From a virus (Duplodnaviria > Caudoviricetes), in IMG/VR virus record IMGVR_UViG_3300020079_000007, positions 1-64,000 of that record: DNA of 64,000 nucleotides; one strand, 5' to 3'. Position 1 is the first letter of the stretch. Every line of letters begins with the position of its first letter. The position numbers were made by a program, and so were the translations under genes. A model generated the notes under the pieces. It was given only the letters and a program-made list of their open reading frames with translations. It was not told the origin of the DNA and made no database searches. Below, piece after piece: positions 1 to 9,364 of the stretch.

Positions 1-108
1 ACTTCCTTTTTTCGTTACTACATAATTAGTATCTTTTCTTTAGAAAGATTATATTAGAGCCATTCATTTGCCACACTAAAGATGTGGCAATTTTCTGGCT
101 CAATTTCT
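1..108 (-). mobile_element. Left end of a second copy of the TnpB IS element at 49028-50540 (rest lies outside the window)
   Basis: 1-108 is the exact reverse complement of 49028-49135; contains hairpin GCCACATCTTTAGTGTGGC; flanked by TTTAT (109-113 on -). Confidence 0.9.
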
Positions 109-122
109 ATAAAAGTCCGCCC

Positions 123-524
123 TCAGTCATTCTTGTCATCTACTCTAAAAACTGCTTTATCGCCTAAAGATATTTTTAATTTTGGGTCAACTAAACCATC
201 GTAAGTTGGAAAAGTTGAAACATCAACATTAAAGTCTTCATCAATAATTTTAACTTTATCATCGTCGTCTATTTCATACTTTACTAAAAAAGCATCAGAT
301 GCAAAGTCACCATCATATAATGTCATCATAAGGACGTGTTGTACTAGAAGCTTGTCCATTATAAATGTTACAACCCAATTTTGGTCTCTTCCAATATTGA
401 TTGTCCAATCATCTTTGAAAATGCGTACTTGATGAGGTCTTATATCAAAGCCGTAAAGCTTTATCACTGGGAGAATATAATTTACAAAAATACCGTCTTC
501 ATAGCTTTTCGGTGGCGCATTCAT
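123..524 (-). CDS. Hypothetical protein, member of tandem paralog array
   Basis: 133-aa ORF; shares an ILPVIKLYGF-type helix and a Trp strand pattern with its neighbours. Confidence 0.75.
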   Translation of the reverse strand: MNAPPKSYEDGIFVNYILPVIKLYGFDIRPHQVRIFKDDWTINIGRDQNWVVTFIMDKLLVQHVLMMTLYDGDFASDAFLVKYEIDDDDKVKIIDEDFNVDVSTFPTYDGLVDPKLKISLGDKAVFRVDDKND

Positions 525-951
525 TTTTCTTAAATTCCTTCATTCTTATAACTTCACAAGTATTGAACAAAATGTCTTCTGATATACGAAGTTCAAAACA
601 ATCACTTAATTTGTGATTATCATATAATACTGCAGCAACATCGTAAGTATGCATACGAACAGCCTCAGGACGTAAAGCTTTTACTTTGAATACCCACTTA
701 AGGTTTTTATCAACAGTCATAGTAAACTTACCCTCTACTGCTGAATAATTTTCCCAAGCTGAGCCTTCCCAAGTCATCGAGTCGAGTTGTATCGTAAGAC
801 CAAACTTTGTAAGTGCTGGAGCGATATGATTGCTGAAAGCCTTAATCTTAATTTGTTGTCGTAAGCGTTCCCTTTTCGCATCTGCAAAAGCTTGTTCCTT
901 TCGTTTCTTTGCTTGTTCTTCCCAAGCTTTATACAATTCTTCTGATGTCAT
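499..951 (-). CDS. Hypothetical protein, tandem paralog array
   Basis: 150-aa ORF overlapping neighbours; IAPALTKFGL. Confidence 0.75.
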   Translation of the reverse strand: MTSEELYKAWEEQAKKRKEQAFADAKRERLRQQIKIKAFSNHIAPALTKFGLTIQLDSMTWEGSAWENYSAVEGKFTMTVDKNLKWVFKVKALRPEAVRMHTYDVAAVLYDNHKLSDCFELRISEDILFNTCEVIRMKEFKKNECATEKL

Positions 952-1355
952 AGCCTACCCATTTTTCTTAAATAACTTTCTTGTATTTTATGTACTTCTG
1001 ATGGTATCTCTCTTTCAAAAGATATGTCATTACCATCAAATGTAAATTCATACTTAAAGGATTCAATAGGCTTCCAACGGCCATCGGGAAGTTTTTCTTT
1101 CAAAACACCTCTGAATATTATTAAAGCCTTATCGCTTGGAAGAAAATAGTTCTCTCTTAAACTTTTTCTAAAATGAAACGACCATTTATGATCTGCATCA
1201 ATTACAAGACAACAAAATTTTTCTTCGCTTTCAGGCGCACTAAACAAAGGGACATCGTGTAAAGGAATATTCCAAGATGTAGCCATAGGAAAGCCAACAT
1301 ACATTATTGTTTTCATTGCAAATGTTTGCCAATCTTCATCAGTCATATTCATCAT
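948..1355 (-). CDS. Hypothetical protein, tandem paralog array
   Basis: 135-aa ORF with 4-nt start/stop overlaps. Confidence 0.75.
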   Translation of the reverse strand: MMNMTDEDWQTFAMKTIMYVGFPMATSWNIPLHDVPLFSAPESEEKFCCLVIDADHKWSFHFRKSLRENYFLPSDKALIIFRGVLKEKLPDGRWKPIESFKYEFTFDGNDISFEREIPSEVHKIQESYLRKMGRL

Positions 1356-1660
1356 TTTTGTTCAATCCTATCAACGCCGCCTTCTTTATCAACGTATATT
1401 GTATAATAAGTTTTATCAATACATTTTCTATTTTGTTTCAATTTTAAATCAATATTAACTTCTATAACTTCATCGCCTGCGTATACAGTTGATATATCAC
1501 AAAGCCAATATGTATTAGGCTGCTCAGTCAATAAGTGTCCTCGCACTAAGTAATTGAATGGGTCCCACTGAAAGCTCTTATTATCAATTTTACATTCGCC
1601 CCACTCAATTGTTTCCATTGCTTGAAGCATATAGGACCAAGCATCTTTTCTATTCCACAT
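1352..1660 (-). CDS. Hypothetical protein, tandem paralog array
   Basis: 102-aa ORF, translationally coupled. Confidence 0.7.
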   Translation of the reverse strand: MWNRKDAWSYMLQAMETIEWGECKIDNKSFQWDPFNYLVRGHLLTEQPNTYWLCDISTVYAGDEVIEVNIDLKLKQNRKCIDKTYYTIYVDKEGGVDRIEQK

Positions 1661-2012
1661 TATTACCTGCCGTTATATAAACTTTGTTTGCAGGAACCTC
1701 TTTCACACTTGCAAATCGCAGGTCCCTTGTGTTTATAATATATGAAGCTTTATCAAGAATCTTGAATTTTTCGCCGTGTTGCTCTGTAAGAATACAACGC
1801 ATCAAAACTTTAGGAAGGCAATCTGTTTGCACATAACAAAGCCAAGAAATATTTGAAGTGTCTGTGCGTAATTTTAAAACAATGTCCGCGCCGTAACCAT
1901 CACTTTTGCTCATTGATATGATTTCAGGCTCTGTGTCTCCATAGCCAAGTTCATCAAGAACAGGAACAATTACATCATTAAGTATTGGATTTCTTGACTC
2001 AATCTTTGTCAT
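1650..2012 (-). CDS. Hypothetical protein, tandem paralog array
   Basis: 120-aa ORF; IVPVLDELGY. Confidence 0.75.
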   Translation of the reverse strand: MTKIESRNPILNDVIVPVLDELGYGDTEPEIISMSKSDGYGADIVLKLRTDTSNISWLCYVQTDCLPKVLMRCILTEQHGEKFKILDKASYIINTRDLRFASVKEVPANKVYITAGNNVE

Positions 2013-2368
2013 TTTATTACCGACCTTACAATGTTCTTTGTGGTAGCTGCTTCAATTTCATATAAGCTTTTAAGCTCATAAGTATTTATATCATAAAAGC
2101 CTACAAACCCAAGTTCATCTTTGTTCTCATTACTTACTAATCTGCCCCAAAAATAAAATCTTTGCAGGTCACGATTAGGTCCTTGAGGCTCTCCATAATT
2201 TGCCAATTCAAATTGCCATTCAGCTTCGTGGCCTTCGTATTTAAGAAGCCCATATTCATTTTTACCTTGAACCCATACAAGCTCATAAAGGGCATCTTTA
2301 GTGCCGAAACCAAGAGAAGAAAGAATGTCAATTCCTAACTTTTTTACCCAATGCATTAACATATACAA
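2009..2368 (-). CDS. Hypothetical protein, tandem paralog array
   Basis: 119-aa ORF; IDILSSLGF. Confidence 0.7.
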   Translation of the reverse strand: MYMLMHWVKKLGIDILSSLGFGTKDALYELVWVQGKNEYGLLKYEGHEAEWQFELANYGEPQGPNRDLQRFYFWGRLVSNENKDELGFVGFYDINTYELKSLYEIEAATTKNIVRSVIK

Positions 2369-2398
2369 AAACTGTCTCCCACCGAAGCAGGAGACAGA
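2367..2398 (-). terminator. Intrinsic terminator after the CCA enzyme gene
   Basis: CTGTCTCC...GGAGACAG stem followed by a U-tract on -. Confidence 0.6.
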
Positions 2399-2401
2399 GG
2401 A

Positions 2402-3892
2402 TTAACAACCTTTTACGATTTTGTAAATTGCCTCAGCGTCAGTCATATCCTTATCAATCTGCATCTTTAATGCAACATCTAAGATATGCTTAAACTTTGG
2501 ACTTGGCTTCATACCTTTGCCAATCAGGAAGTCTCCTGTGATAATTGGCTTTGGCATTGGCTTACCGATAACTGACTGAATGATAGGCTTCTCTAAAGAC
2601 TTTTCAATACCAACCCAAGCATCGCTAACTGTCTTAACACAAGCTGACCCATCAGCTTTTGCTAACATAATCAGTTTATCAAAAATAGGGTTTGAAGTAA
2701 TTTCCCAAACTGCTTTCTTTGACTTCATATCGCCTAACTGATGAGCTCGCATATGTAAACGAACCAGCTCACGAACTGTTTCGCTGTCGTCGTTTGTCAT
2801 ACCGATACTTTTGCAAATATCGTATGCAATAGGAGCACCATCAACATCGTGACTTGATACCTTAGGGATTGACTCTGTAAACTCTTTACTTCCAATTTTG
2901 AAAGTATTTGTTTTCATTCCTAAAGTTGAATGTGCTTTACCAATGTCGTGTAAGAGAGCAGCCATCATCATAACAAAACGAGTATGCTCATCAAAGTCTT
3001 TTGATAACTCTGCCATTCTTTTCATAACGATTAAGGTATGGTCCCAAGCAGTTCCGTGGGCCTTAGGTGTTAAGTGTGTAAAATCTACAATCTCATCGCC
3101 CTTAAACTCTTTACCGTTGTCGTCAACCCAGATTGAACCTTCAGAGTGCCACATCCAAGACTGAGCAACATTTCGCAGATCAACCATAACTGAAGTTAAT
3201 CCTAATGAAGTTAAAACTCTTGATGCTAAAACAAACTCCCAAGTATCTGGGAATAAGAACTTACCTGCAAAAGTTTTCTCCAGTTCTTTCAGCTGTCTTT
3301 CAGCAGATACTTCAGTAAAAGAAAAATTCCAATCGAGAACTTCTCTTTTTGTGTAAGCTGACTTAAAACCTTTTGAAGCAAGGAAACGAACAAAACGGAA
3401 GATTCTTAATGGGTCTTCATTGATGCGGTCCTGAGCATTTCCAACAAAACGTAATGTTCTGTTTTTGATGTCCTGAGCGCCGCCAACCATATCAAAAATA
3501 AAACCGTCAATATCTTCGTAAAGGGCATTCACGGTAAAATCTCTGCGTTCAGCATCTTCCTTGATGTCACGAGTAAACTCAATTTTTGGATGTCGTCCTT
3601 TTGTAATGTCCTTGCGGAGAGTTGCAATTTCAACTTCTTCAAACTTTCCGTCAATTTCAATCAGCAGCATCGTAACACCGAACGGCTCACTGTTATTTGA
3701 AACATTTGAAAACTTATTGAAGATTTTGTGCAGTTCTTCAGGAGTGGCAGTTGTGCAAATATCATAATCGTGAGGCTCAACGCCCATCAAAAAGTCACGA
3801 ACACAACCGCCTACAAAGTAAGCTTTGAACCCAGCTTCATTGATAGGATTGAGAACCTTTGCTTTATACTGATCTTTAATTGTCATAGTCAA
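2402..3892 (-). CDS. cca: Class II tRNA nucleotidyltransferase (CCA-adding enzyme) with HD domain
   Basis: VGGCVRD...DYD, RRDFTVNAL, EDPLRIFR motifs; HD domain (DHT...LLHDIGK...D). Confidence 0.92.
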   Translation of the reverse strand: MTMTIKDQYKAKVLNPINEAGFKAYFVGGCVRDFLMGVEPHDYDICTTATPEELHKIFNKFSNVSNNSEPFGVTMLLIEIDGKFEEVEIATLRKDITKGRHPKIEFTRDIKEDAERRDFTVNALYEDIDGFIFDMVGGAQDIKNRTLRFVGNAQDRINEDPLRIFRFVRFLASKGFKSAYTKREVLDWNFSFTEVSAERQLKELEKTFAGKFLFPDTWEFVLASRVLTSLGLTSVMVDLRNVAQSWMWHSEGSIWVDDNGKEFKGDEIVDFTHLTPKAHGTAWDHTLIVMKRMAELSKDFDEHTRFVMMMAALLHDIGKAHSTLGMKTNTFKIGSKEFTESIPKVSSHDVDGAPIAYDICKSIGMTNDDSETVRELVRLHMRAHQLGDMKSKKAVWEITSNPIFDKLIMLAKADGSACVKTVSDAWVGIEKSLEKPIIQSVIGKPMPKPIITGDFLIGKGMKPSPKFKHILDVALKMQIDKDMTDAEAIYKIVKGC

Positions 3893-3900
3893 TCCTCCTT

Positions 3901-3937
3901 ACAATAATAATATAAAGAGGTATGGAAGAAAGTTTAA
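3901..3937 (-). promoter_or_regulatory. Class I (early-type) promoter TAAACT-N16-TATATT
   Basis: Same bipartite motif with exactly 16-nt spacing at 3909-3936, 4238-4265, 16104-16131, 30713-30740, 35317-35344 (TATACT variant), 45820-45847, 60943-60970. Confidence 0.8.
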
Positions 3938-4224
3938 TTTTTGTTGAAAAAGCGGCCGAAGCCTGTTGAAAAGTCCACTTTTTTATTTTTGTCAGCTTCC
4001 TCTTTAGTATCAAATACCAAGTTTTTAGCTACTTTATCATTACACTTCTTTATAGATGTTGAAGGGCGGTATGATGACTTTGTATTTTTAGACTTTTCAT
4101 TGAATGACTCTACTAAAAAAGTCTCTGACAATTCTCCACCAATTTTTGGATTTTCTAAAAAATAAGATCCTAATTGAGAAAAAGCTTTAATATAATTTTG
4201 TATTTTTAACAAGTGTTCTATCAT
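3934..4224 (-). CDS. Hypothetical protein
   Basis: 96-aa ORF preceded by a class I promoter. Confidence 0.6.
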   Translation of the reverse strand: MIEHLLKIQNYIKAFSQLGSYFLENPKIGGELSETFLVESFNEKSKNTKSSYRPSTSIKKCNDKVAKNLVFDTKEEADKNKKVDFSTGFGRFFNKN

Positions 4225-4262
4225 AAATTTTACCTATAATATAAAGAAGGATAAACAAAAGT

Positions 4263-5267
4263 TTAATAAATTTTCTTATTATTGTACCAAACTTGGTGTC
4301 GGCCGTTATTTTTTGCTTTATAAAGATTTTTGTCTGCCAAGTTTACAAGGTCATTTGACTTCTCTGAATAAGCCGCGCCAATTGAAACACTCAACTTTTC
4401 GCCCTGTCTTAAGCAGAAAGTAAGTTCAAGATCTTCCCAAATCATATCAAGTCTTTCAAGAAAGTCATTTTCTTCGCTGCGGCAAAGTATCAAAAACTCT
4501 TCTCCGCCGAAACGATACACGCGGAAGTCATCTGTTACATATCTTAATAATGACTTACTCAACTGTTGCAAAGCTCTATCGCCTGCTTTATGGCCATAAG
4601 TATCATTAACTTTTTTGAACCAGTCAATGTCAATCATAGCAGCATACTTATAAAGTTTTGTGTCAAGGTCTTGCTGCATTTTGTATCTGTTGTAAACTGT
4701 TGTAAGTTGGTCGTGTTCAGCTTCTTTACTCAATTTTCTGTTTGTTTCTCTAAAAGCACTAAGAGTAAGAGAAACAACGACTGCTGAGAATAAATATGTT
4801 GATACGGTTGCGACAAAGCAGTTTGCCCAATGGTCAGCCCACCAATCAACATATAAGTGGAGATGATGTTTTAGTATTATCGCAGCTGTGTACTCTAATA
4901 AAGTCACTGTGCCCCAAGTAACGGAACTTTTCCAATTACTTATTGATAATAAACCTATCGCAGTTCCCATCATAGGGAGATAAAACATAAAAATGTTACT
5001 TTGATTTGTCAAAAAAGTAATTGGAAAATTTATCGCTGCGGTTACAATAACGATAGCGTTTATAAATTTTGTATAGGCTTTTCTCTTAAAGAAAAAACAC
5101 GCAAAGACTATAATGCTGAAGAGGCTGAATGAAGTAGCAATAATGTTGATTATATAAAGTGGGCCTTCTTCAAAGTAGTTGATTCGAGAAATTAGTCCTA
5201 TAGTATTAGCCAAGATACCTGCCCCACAAGTAGAAAATGCGAGGTACTTGTTCAACTTCTCTGTCAT
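4263..5267 (-). CDS. Membrane-anchored diguanylate cyclase (GGDEF domain)
   Basis: About 6 hydrophobic segments, then DQLTTVYNR, MIDIDWFKKVNDTYGHKAGD, YRFGGEEF, SVSIG, ADKNLYKAKNNGR. Confidence 0.92.
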   Translation of the reverse strand: MTEKLNKYLAFSTCGAGILANTIGLISRINYFEEGPLYIINIIATSFSLFSIIVFACFFFKRKAYTKFINAIVIVTAAINFPITFLTNQSNIFMFYLPMMGTAIGLLSISNWKSSVTWGTVTLLEYTAAIILKHHLHLYVDWWADHWANCFVATVSTYLFSAVVVSLTLSAFRETNRKLSKEAEHDQLTTVYNRYKMQQDLDTKLYKYAAMIDIDWFKKVNDTYGHKAGDRALQQLSKSLLRYVTDDFRVYRFGGEEFLILCRSEENDFLERLDMIWEDLELTFCLRQGEKLSVSIGAAYSEKSNDLVNLADKNLYKAKNNGRHQVWYNNKKIY

Positions 5268-5273
5268 TTTTAT

Positions 5274-7001
5274 TTAGTTACAAAATCCTATCCTTGAACT
5301 GCCTTCGTTTCCTAGTTTCTCTTTCTTACAGAAATCAAGTAATTCATCTACACTAGGCATCTTACCGTAGAGTAGGTAATCGATTTCTGACTTGCGATAA
5401 ATGTTATCAATCTGTCCGCCTGATAAATCATAGCGTTCTGCCAATTTTGTAGCATCATTGTCGTCAAGCCAGTTCAAACGGTCTTTCCAAATTTTTACCT
5501 TAACAGATGTGTTCGGATTTTCGAACTTTAATTTGAAAAGGAGTCTTCGGTCAAACGCAGAGTCAATGTCTGTGGCGCGGTTAGTCGTTGCAATAAAGAT
5601 ACCGTCAAACTTTTCAAGTTCTTCAAGAAGCAAGTTTTGAATTGCGTTCTCCATTTTTGTTACCGCTGCATTTGAACCGTCTACTGATGTTCTTTTTGAG
5701 ATAATTGCATCAGCTTCGTTGAAAAGAAGTATAGGCTTAATCTTTGCTTTTGAGGCATAATAAGATTTGAAGATAGCCTTGATGTTCTTTTCGCTTTCAC
5801 CCACCCAACAACTTTTTATTTGTTCAATGTTTAAATGATACACATCGCGTCCTGTCTTTCTTGCAAGCTGCATAACTGTTTCAGTCTTACCTGTCCCAGG
5901 TGCTCCATATAAAAGTACTGTAAGGCCTTTAGGCAATCCCTTTTCATCAAGACGCTTTCTCAATTCAAGGTAATTTTCTTCCTTCATAATACTTTCAAGA
6001 CGTTCAATGTCTTTTTCATTAGACTCATTATAATATAAGTTTTTTGACTTAATGTCTTTAAACTCAATTTTCTGTAATTCTTTTCCGTTGCTTTCCTGAA
6101 GTAACAAATCTTCATAACCTTTGAATGCTTCAAGAACTCTAGGTCCCCATACAACTTCAATGTTGTCGGCAATGTCAGTCTTATCCAATTCAAAATATTC
6201 TCTCTTAATAAGAACTGACTTTTCTGTTTTTATTTCATTAAGTTCATAAATAATGTCGTTTGTTGAAACATCATAATCAGAAAGCACGCCTTTTATTGAT
6301 GCTGTCTTTTCAGTCCAAAGCTGACGAGCAAGCATACAAAAGTAGAGGAAAATTTTCCAATCACCGCAAGGGTCAACTACGATAACGTCGTTACAACCAA
6401 CATCTTCACATTCACTGCCTCTTCCTTTAGGACCCATATCAACTAAGTCACTTACAAGTTTTTTAACCCAAGGGTCTTTCATATAAGGTGCAACGTAGTG
6501 AGACATACTGTACTTTGAACGCAGCATTCTTTTAGGAAGATTGTAAAGTGATGAAACAAAATCAACTGCATTGTAAATTTTGTCTGAATAAGTTGGCTTG
6601 TAATCTTCAATTGGCTTGTTATAAGTTATCAAGTCAATAAGCTCTTCGTCTACTGTAAAAGCAGTCCATCTGTCAACTTTTTGGAACTTAGGGTCAAACT
6701 TAATTTTGTCTCTTAAGCAGAAGAGACCTCTTTTGAGCAAGTTTTCGATTGTAGGAATATAAGAAAGAGTCTCTGTCATTGAAACATCGACATCGCGGTT
6801 AATATCTTCAAGTGTAAAATAAGAACAACTTTCTTCAATCTTTCTGTAAGTAAAATAAGCAAAAAGAACTGCTTCTTCCTTATCAACGTGGAAGTAGTCC
6901 ATAAGTTGAGTAATATCTTTTGAGTCAGGAATTTCGATTTTATTCTTACGATAAACAGTCATACAAACTTTGTTTATCGCAGAGAAAGTTGTTGTGCCCA
7001 T
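5274..7001 (-). CDS. AAA+ ATPase
   Basis: Walker A GAPGTGKT, Walker B LLFNEAD, ATTN, AFDRR arginine finger. Confidence 0.9.
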   Translation of the reverse strand: MGTTTFSAINKVCMTVYRKNKIEIPDSKDITQLMDYFHVDKEEAVLFAYFTYRKIEESCSYFTLEDINRDVDVSMTETLSYIPTIENLLKRGLFCLRDKIKFDPKFQKVDRWTAFTVDEELIDLITYNKPIEDYKPTYSDKIYNAVDFVSSLYNLPKRMLRSKYSMSHYVAPYMKDPWVKKLVSDLVDMGPKGRGSECEDVGCNDVIVVDPCGDWKIFLYFCMLARQLWTEKTASIKGVLSDYDVSTNDIIYELNEIKTEKSVLIKREYFELDKTDIADNIEVVWGPRVLEAFKGYEDLLLQESNGKELQKIEFKDIKSKNLYYNESNEKDIERLESIMKEENYLELRKRLDEKGLPKGLTVLLYGAPGTGKTETVMQLARKTGRDVYHLNIEQIKSCWVGESEKNIKAIFKSYYASKAKIKPILLFNEADAIISKRTSVDGSNAAVTKMENAIQNLLLEELEKFDGIFIATTNRATDIDSAFDRRLLFKLKFENPNTSVKVKIWKDRLNWLDDNDATKLAERYDLSGGQIDNIYRKSEIDYLLYGKMPSVDELLDFCKKEKLGNEGSSRIGFCN

Positions 7002-7151
7002 ATTTATTTTCCCTTTTTGTTAGTTAGATATTCCAAGAGTAAGCTTAAAATTGTTACAGTGATAACAACAGCTGAACTTACAACTTTGTAATTCCAGCCG
7101 AAGTAATTACATAACATTCCAAGTGGTGAGTCCATTAAATTTCCTTTTCAA

Positions 7152-7691
7152 CTACAAGATCGTGGGACTTAAGAATGTTAAGCACGCCTTCAAGGCAGTA
7201 TGCTTTCTTCTTAAAATTGCCCAATCTCCGTAAGTGCAATCATTGATGTTTTTATTTTTATTACCTAATACATAAGGAATTAAAATCCCAACTGCAACCT
7301 GTCTTGTAGGTTGTGAGTACCTTTCCAACTCTTTACAAAAACTTGCAACGCCTTTTTTAGGATTTTCCCAAAGCCACTCAATTCTACGACTGAGAAACTC
7401 ATAAACGCTTTCAGTCCCATCAGCCTTTTTATATTTAATTGTATCGCGGCCTGTCTCGCAAGCATACAAATCAAGGTTGTACTTTTTTGCAAGTCGGTTC
7501 ATTTTCAAAAACCAAAAGTGAACTTTAAGCAAAGTAAACTTAGGATAATATACCCGCCGCATTTCTTTCTTTTGATTGAAAATTAAAAGCTTCTTATCGG
7601 CTCTTGTCAACTTTCTCATACTTAAAGTCCATCTGTTTCTGAGGCGCTCTTCCGCAGCATTTTGTTTCAGTGCAGAAACCAACCGTTTCAC
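7152..7691 (-). CDS. Hypothetical protein (true start probably downstream, near 7620)
   Basis: Long ORF whose 5' end overlaps thyX. Confidence 0.55.
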   Translation of the reverse strand: MKRLVSALKQNAAEERLRNRWTLSMRKLTRADKKLLIFNQKKEMRRVYYPKFTLLKVHFWFLKMNRLAKKYNLDLYACETGRDTIKYKKADGTESVYEFLSRRIEWLWENPKKGVASFCKELERYSQPTRQVAVGILIPYVLGNKNKNINDCTYGDWAILRRKHTALKACLTFLSPTIL

Positions 7692-8301
7692 ACTTCGGTC
7701 TGAAAAGATGCGCTGAAATAACTGCCCACTCTTCAGAGTAGTTTTCCAAAGCGTATTTGATTTCCAATGAAAGAGCTCTTATTTCCCAATACGCTCTTGA
7801 ACACAAACGCATATTCATAAAGTGAACAAGTGTTCGAAGATTAACTTTCCAAACCATTTTTGTTTTATATGCAAGTGGCAAAAGATTTGTCAAGTCTTCA
7901 TTTGGAATATCATATTCTTTCAAAATTTTCATTGCGCTTCTGATTGTTTCAACAGTTGAGTTCCAAACAGCCAAAGCATTTTGATTTTTATCAATTGAAG
8001 GCGGTGTAACAACATCAACACCTTTCTTCTCGTAATCAATATAACGGGTAGAAGCCTGCAATCTTGTAGGAGCTCCACCTATATGTGTATAAAGCTCACG
8101 AATACATTTTGCTGAATAACCATCAAGAACAAGATAAACATCAGGAAACTCTTCAGTTCTTTCGTGTCCTGAGACGATACAATCAATTGCTCGAGCAATG
8201 TTCTTTTCTTTGTCTTTGATGTTTGCGCCCCAGCAAATGCCTGCAAATTCTCCAATCATTTGGAGCGGAGTTTTTGTTGTGCACTCTTTAACTTCAACCA
8301 T
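7594..8301 (-). CDS. thyX: Flavin-dependent thymidylate synthase
   Basis: SGHERTEEF, ELYTH...RLQASTRY, LLPLA, NLRTLVHFMNMRLCSRAYWEIR. Confidence 0.9.
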   Translation of the reverse strand: MVEVKECTTKTPLQMIGEFAGICWGANIKDKEKNIARAIDCIVSGHERTEEFPDVYLVLDGYSAKCIRELYTHIGGAPTRLQASTRYIDYEKKGVDVVTPPSIDKNQNALAVWNSTVETIRSAMKILKEYDIPNEDLTNLLPLAYKTKMVWKVNLRTLVHFMNMRLCSRAYWEIRALSLEIKYALENYSEEWAVISAHLFRPKCETVGFCTETKCCGRAPQKQMDFKYEKVDKSR

Positions 8302-8594
8302 TACTCAACAACCTCATAAGTCTGCTCGAAGATGTCCGGCTTGCAAGGATAATACTCGCCTTTAACACCACGGATAATAAAGTCGTTAGGAAGAGCAGTG
8401 TGATTGCCTTCAAGTGTTTCAATAGTCAAGTTACCTTTTACAGTTTTTCCTGAAAGGTCCAAAAGGTTGCTGCACTTTTTGGCATCTTCACCAAAGAATG
8501 CTTTTACTTCGTCAAAGTTTGTTCCTGTCCACTGAATTGCTGCAATCGTTACAGGCTTCTTTCTAAAAATATGTGTTTCTTTTGAAAAGTCCAT
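8301..8594 (-). CDS. Conserved phage protein (RKKPV...TLEG...YPCKPDIF family)
   Basis: Recognisable widespread phage motif set; function unknown. Confidence 0.75.
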   Translation of the reverse strand: MDFSKETHIFRKKPVTIAAIQWTGTNFDEVKAFFGEDAKKCSNLLDLSGKTVKGNLTIETLEGNHTALPNDFIIRGVKGEYYPCKPDIFEQTYEVVE

Positions 8595-8610
8595 AAATCC
8601 TCTTTATTTT

Positions 8611-8618
8611 ATATTAAC
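8611..8618 (-). promoter_or_regulatory. Class II promoter motif GTTAATAT
   Basis: Found just upstream of starts at 8611, 15002, 25935, 27525, 30111, 32119, 34318 (tmRNA), 39426, 44357, 47455 (-) and 60995, 61313 (+). Confidence 0.65.
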
Positions 8619-8641
8619 AAAAAGGCGGGCCGAAACCCGCC
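8619..8641 (-). terminator. Intrinsic terminator
   Basis: GGCGGG/CCCGCC stem then a U-tract on -. Confidence 0.75.
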
Positions 8642-8666
8642 AAAACTTTATTAACTGTTTATTTTG

Positions 8667-9275
8667 TTATTCACTTTTTGTGTTCTTTGTTGCTTTTGTT
8701 GCAGCATCGAGAGCAGCGCCAACTTCTTTGCCTGCAAGTTTACCTGCGAGCATTGATGATACTACACTACCAAGGTCGATACCAAGTGAGTCTTTCAAGC
8801 CGCTTGCAACCTGTGTGATTGTCTTTGTGATGTTGCCTGTAAGCATTTCGCCACTTGCGCCATCTTTTCCGCCACCGTAGATTGTAACGTTTCCAACTTT
8901 GCTCCAAGGTTCTGCTGCAGCTCTTGCCATCTCAGGCAACTGTGTAAAGAGAACTTTCAAAGTATCAAGTTCCATCTGCATCTTAGCAGCGTCACCATAC
9001 TGCTTCATAGCTTCAGCCTTTTCCTTCAAACCTTCAGCCTCAGCAAGGGCCTTCTGTTTGATACCGTCTGCTTCAGCAAGCAACTTTGCTTTTACTGCGG
9101 CAGCTTCAGCTTCAGACTTTGCAACTTCCTTCAAGCGAGCAGCTTCGAGTTCGGCTTTACGAACTTCAAGAGCGTTGTTCTTTTCAGCAATTGCTGTATC
9201 TGCTGCAACCTTTGCGTCGTTTGCTTCCTTGTGAACACGAGCTTCAAACTTCTCTTCCCTTTCAGCTTTTGTCAT
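8667..9275 (-). CDS. Flotillin C-terminal-like coiled-coil protein lacking the SPFH domain
   Basis: AEAEA/AEADG repeats, KAEAMKQYGDAA, LPEMARAAAEPWSKV...GIDL typical of the bacterial flotillin C-terminus; strong SD AGGAGG. Confidence 0.75.
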   Translation of the reverse strand: MTKAEREEKFEARVHKEANDAKVAADTAIAEKNNALEVRKAELEAARLKEVAKSEAEAAAVKAKLLAEADGIKQKALAEAEGLKEKAEAMKQYGDAAKMQMELDTLKVLFTQLPEMARAAAEPWSKVGNVTIYGGGKDGASGEMLTGNITKTITQVASGLKDSLGIDLGSVVSSMLAGKLAGKEVGAALDAATKATKNTKSE

Positions 9276-9311
9276 AATACCCTCCTTTAATTGAGCTTAC
9301 AAATATGATGT

Positions 9312-9343
9312 AAAAAAGGACAAATCCTTGCGAATTTGTCCTT
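9312..9343 (-). terminator. Intrinsic terminator
   Basis: AAAGGACAAAT...ATTTGTCCTTT stem with a U-tract on -. Confidence 0.7.
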
Positions 9344-9364
9344 TCGGTTATTTAAGGTTGATTA

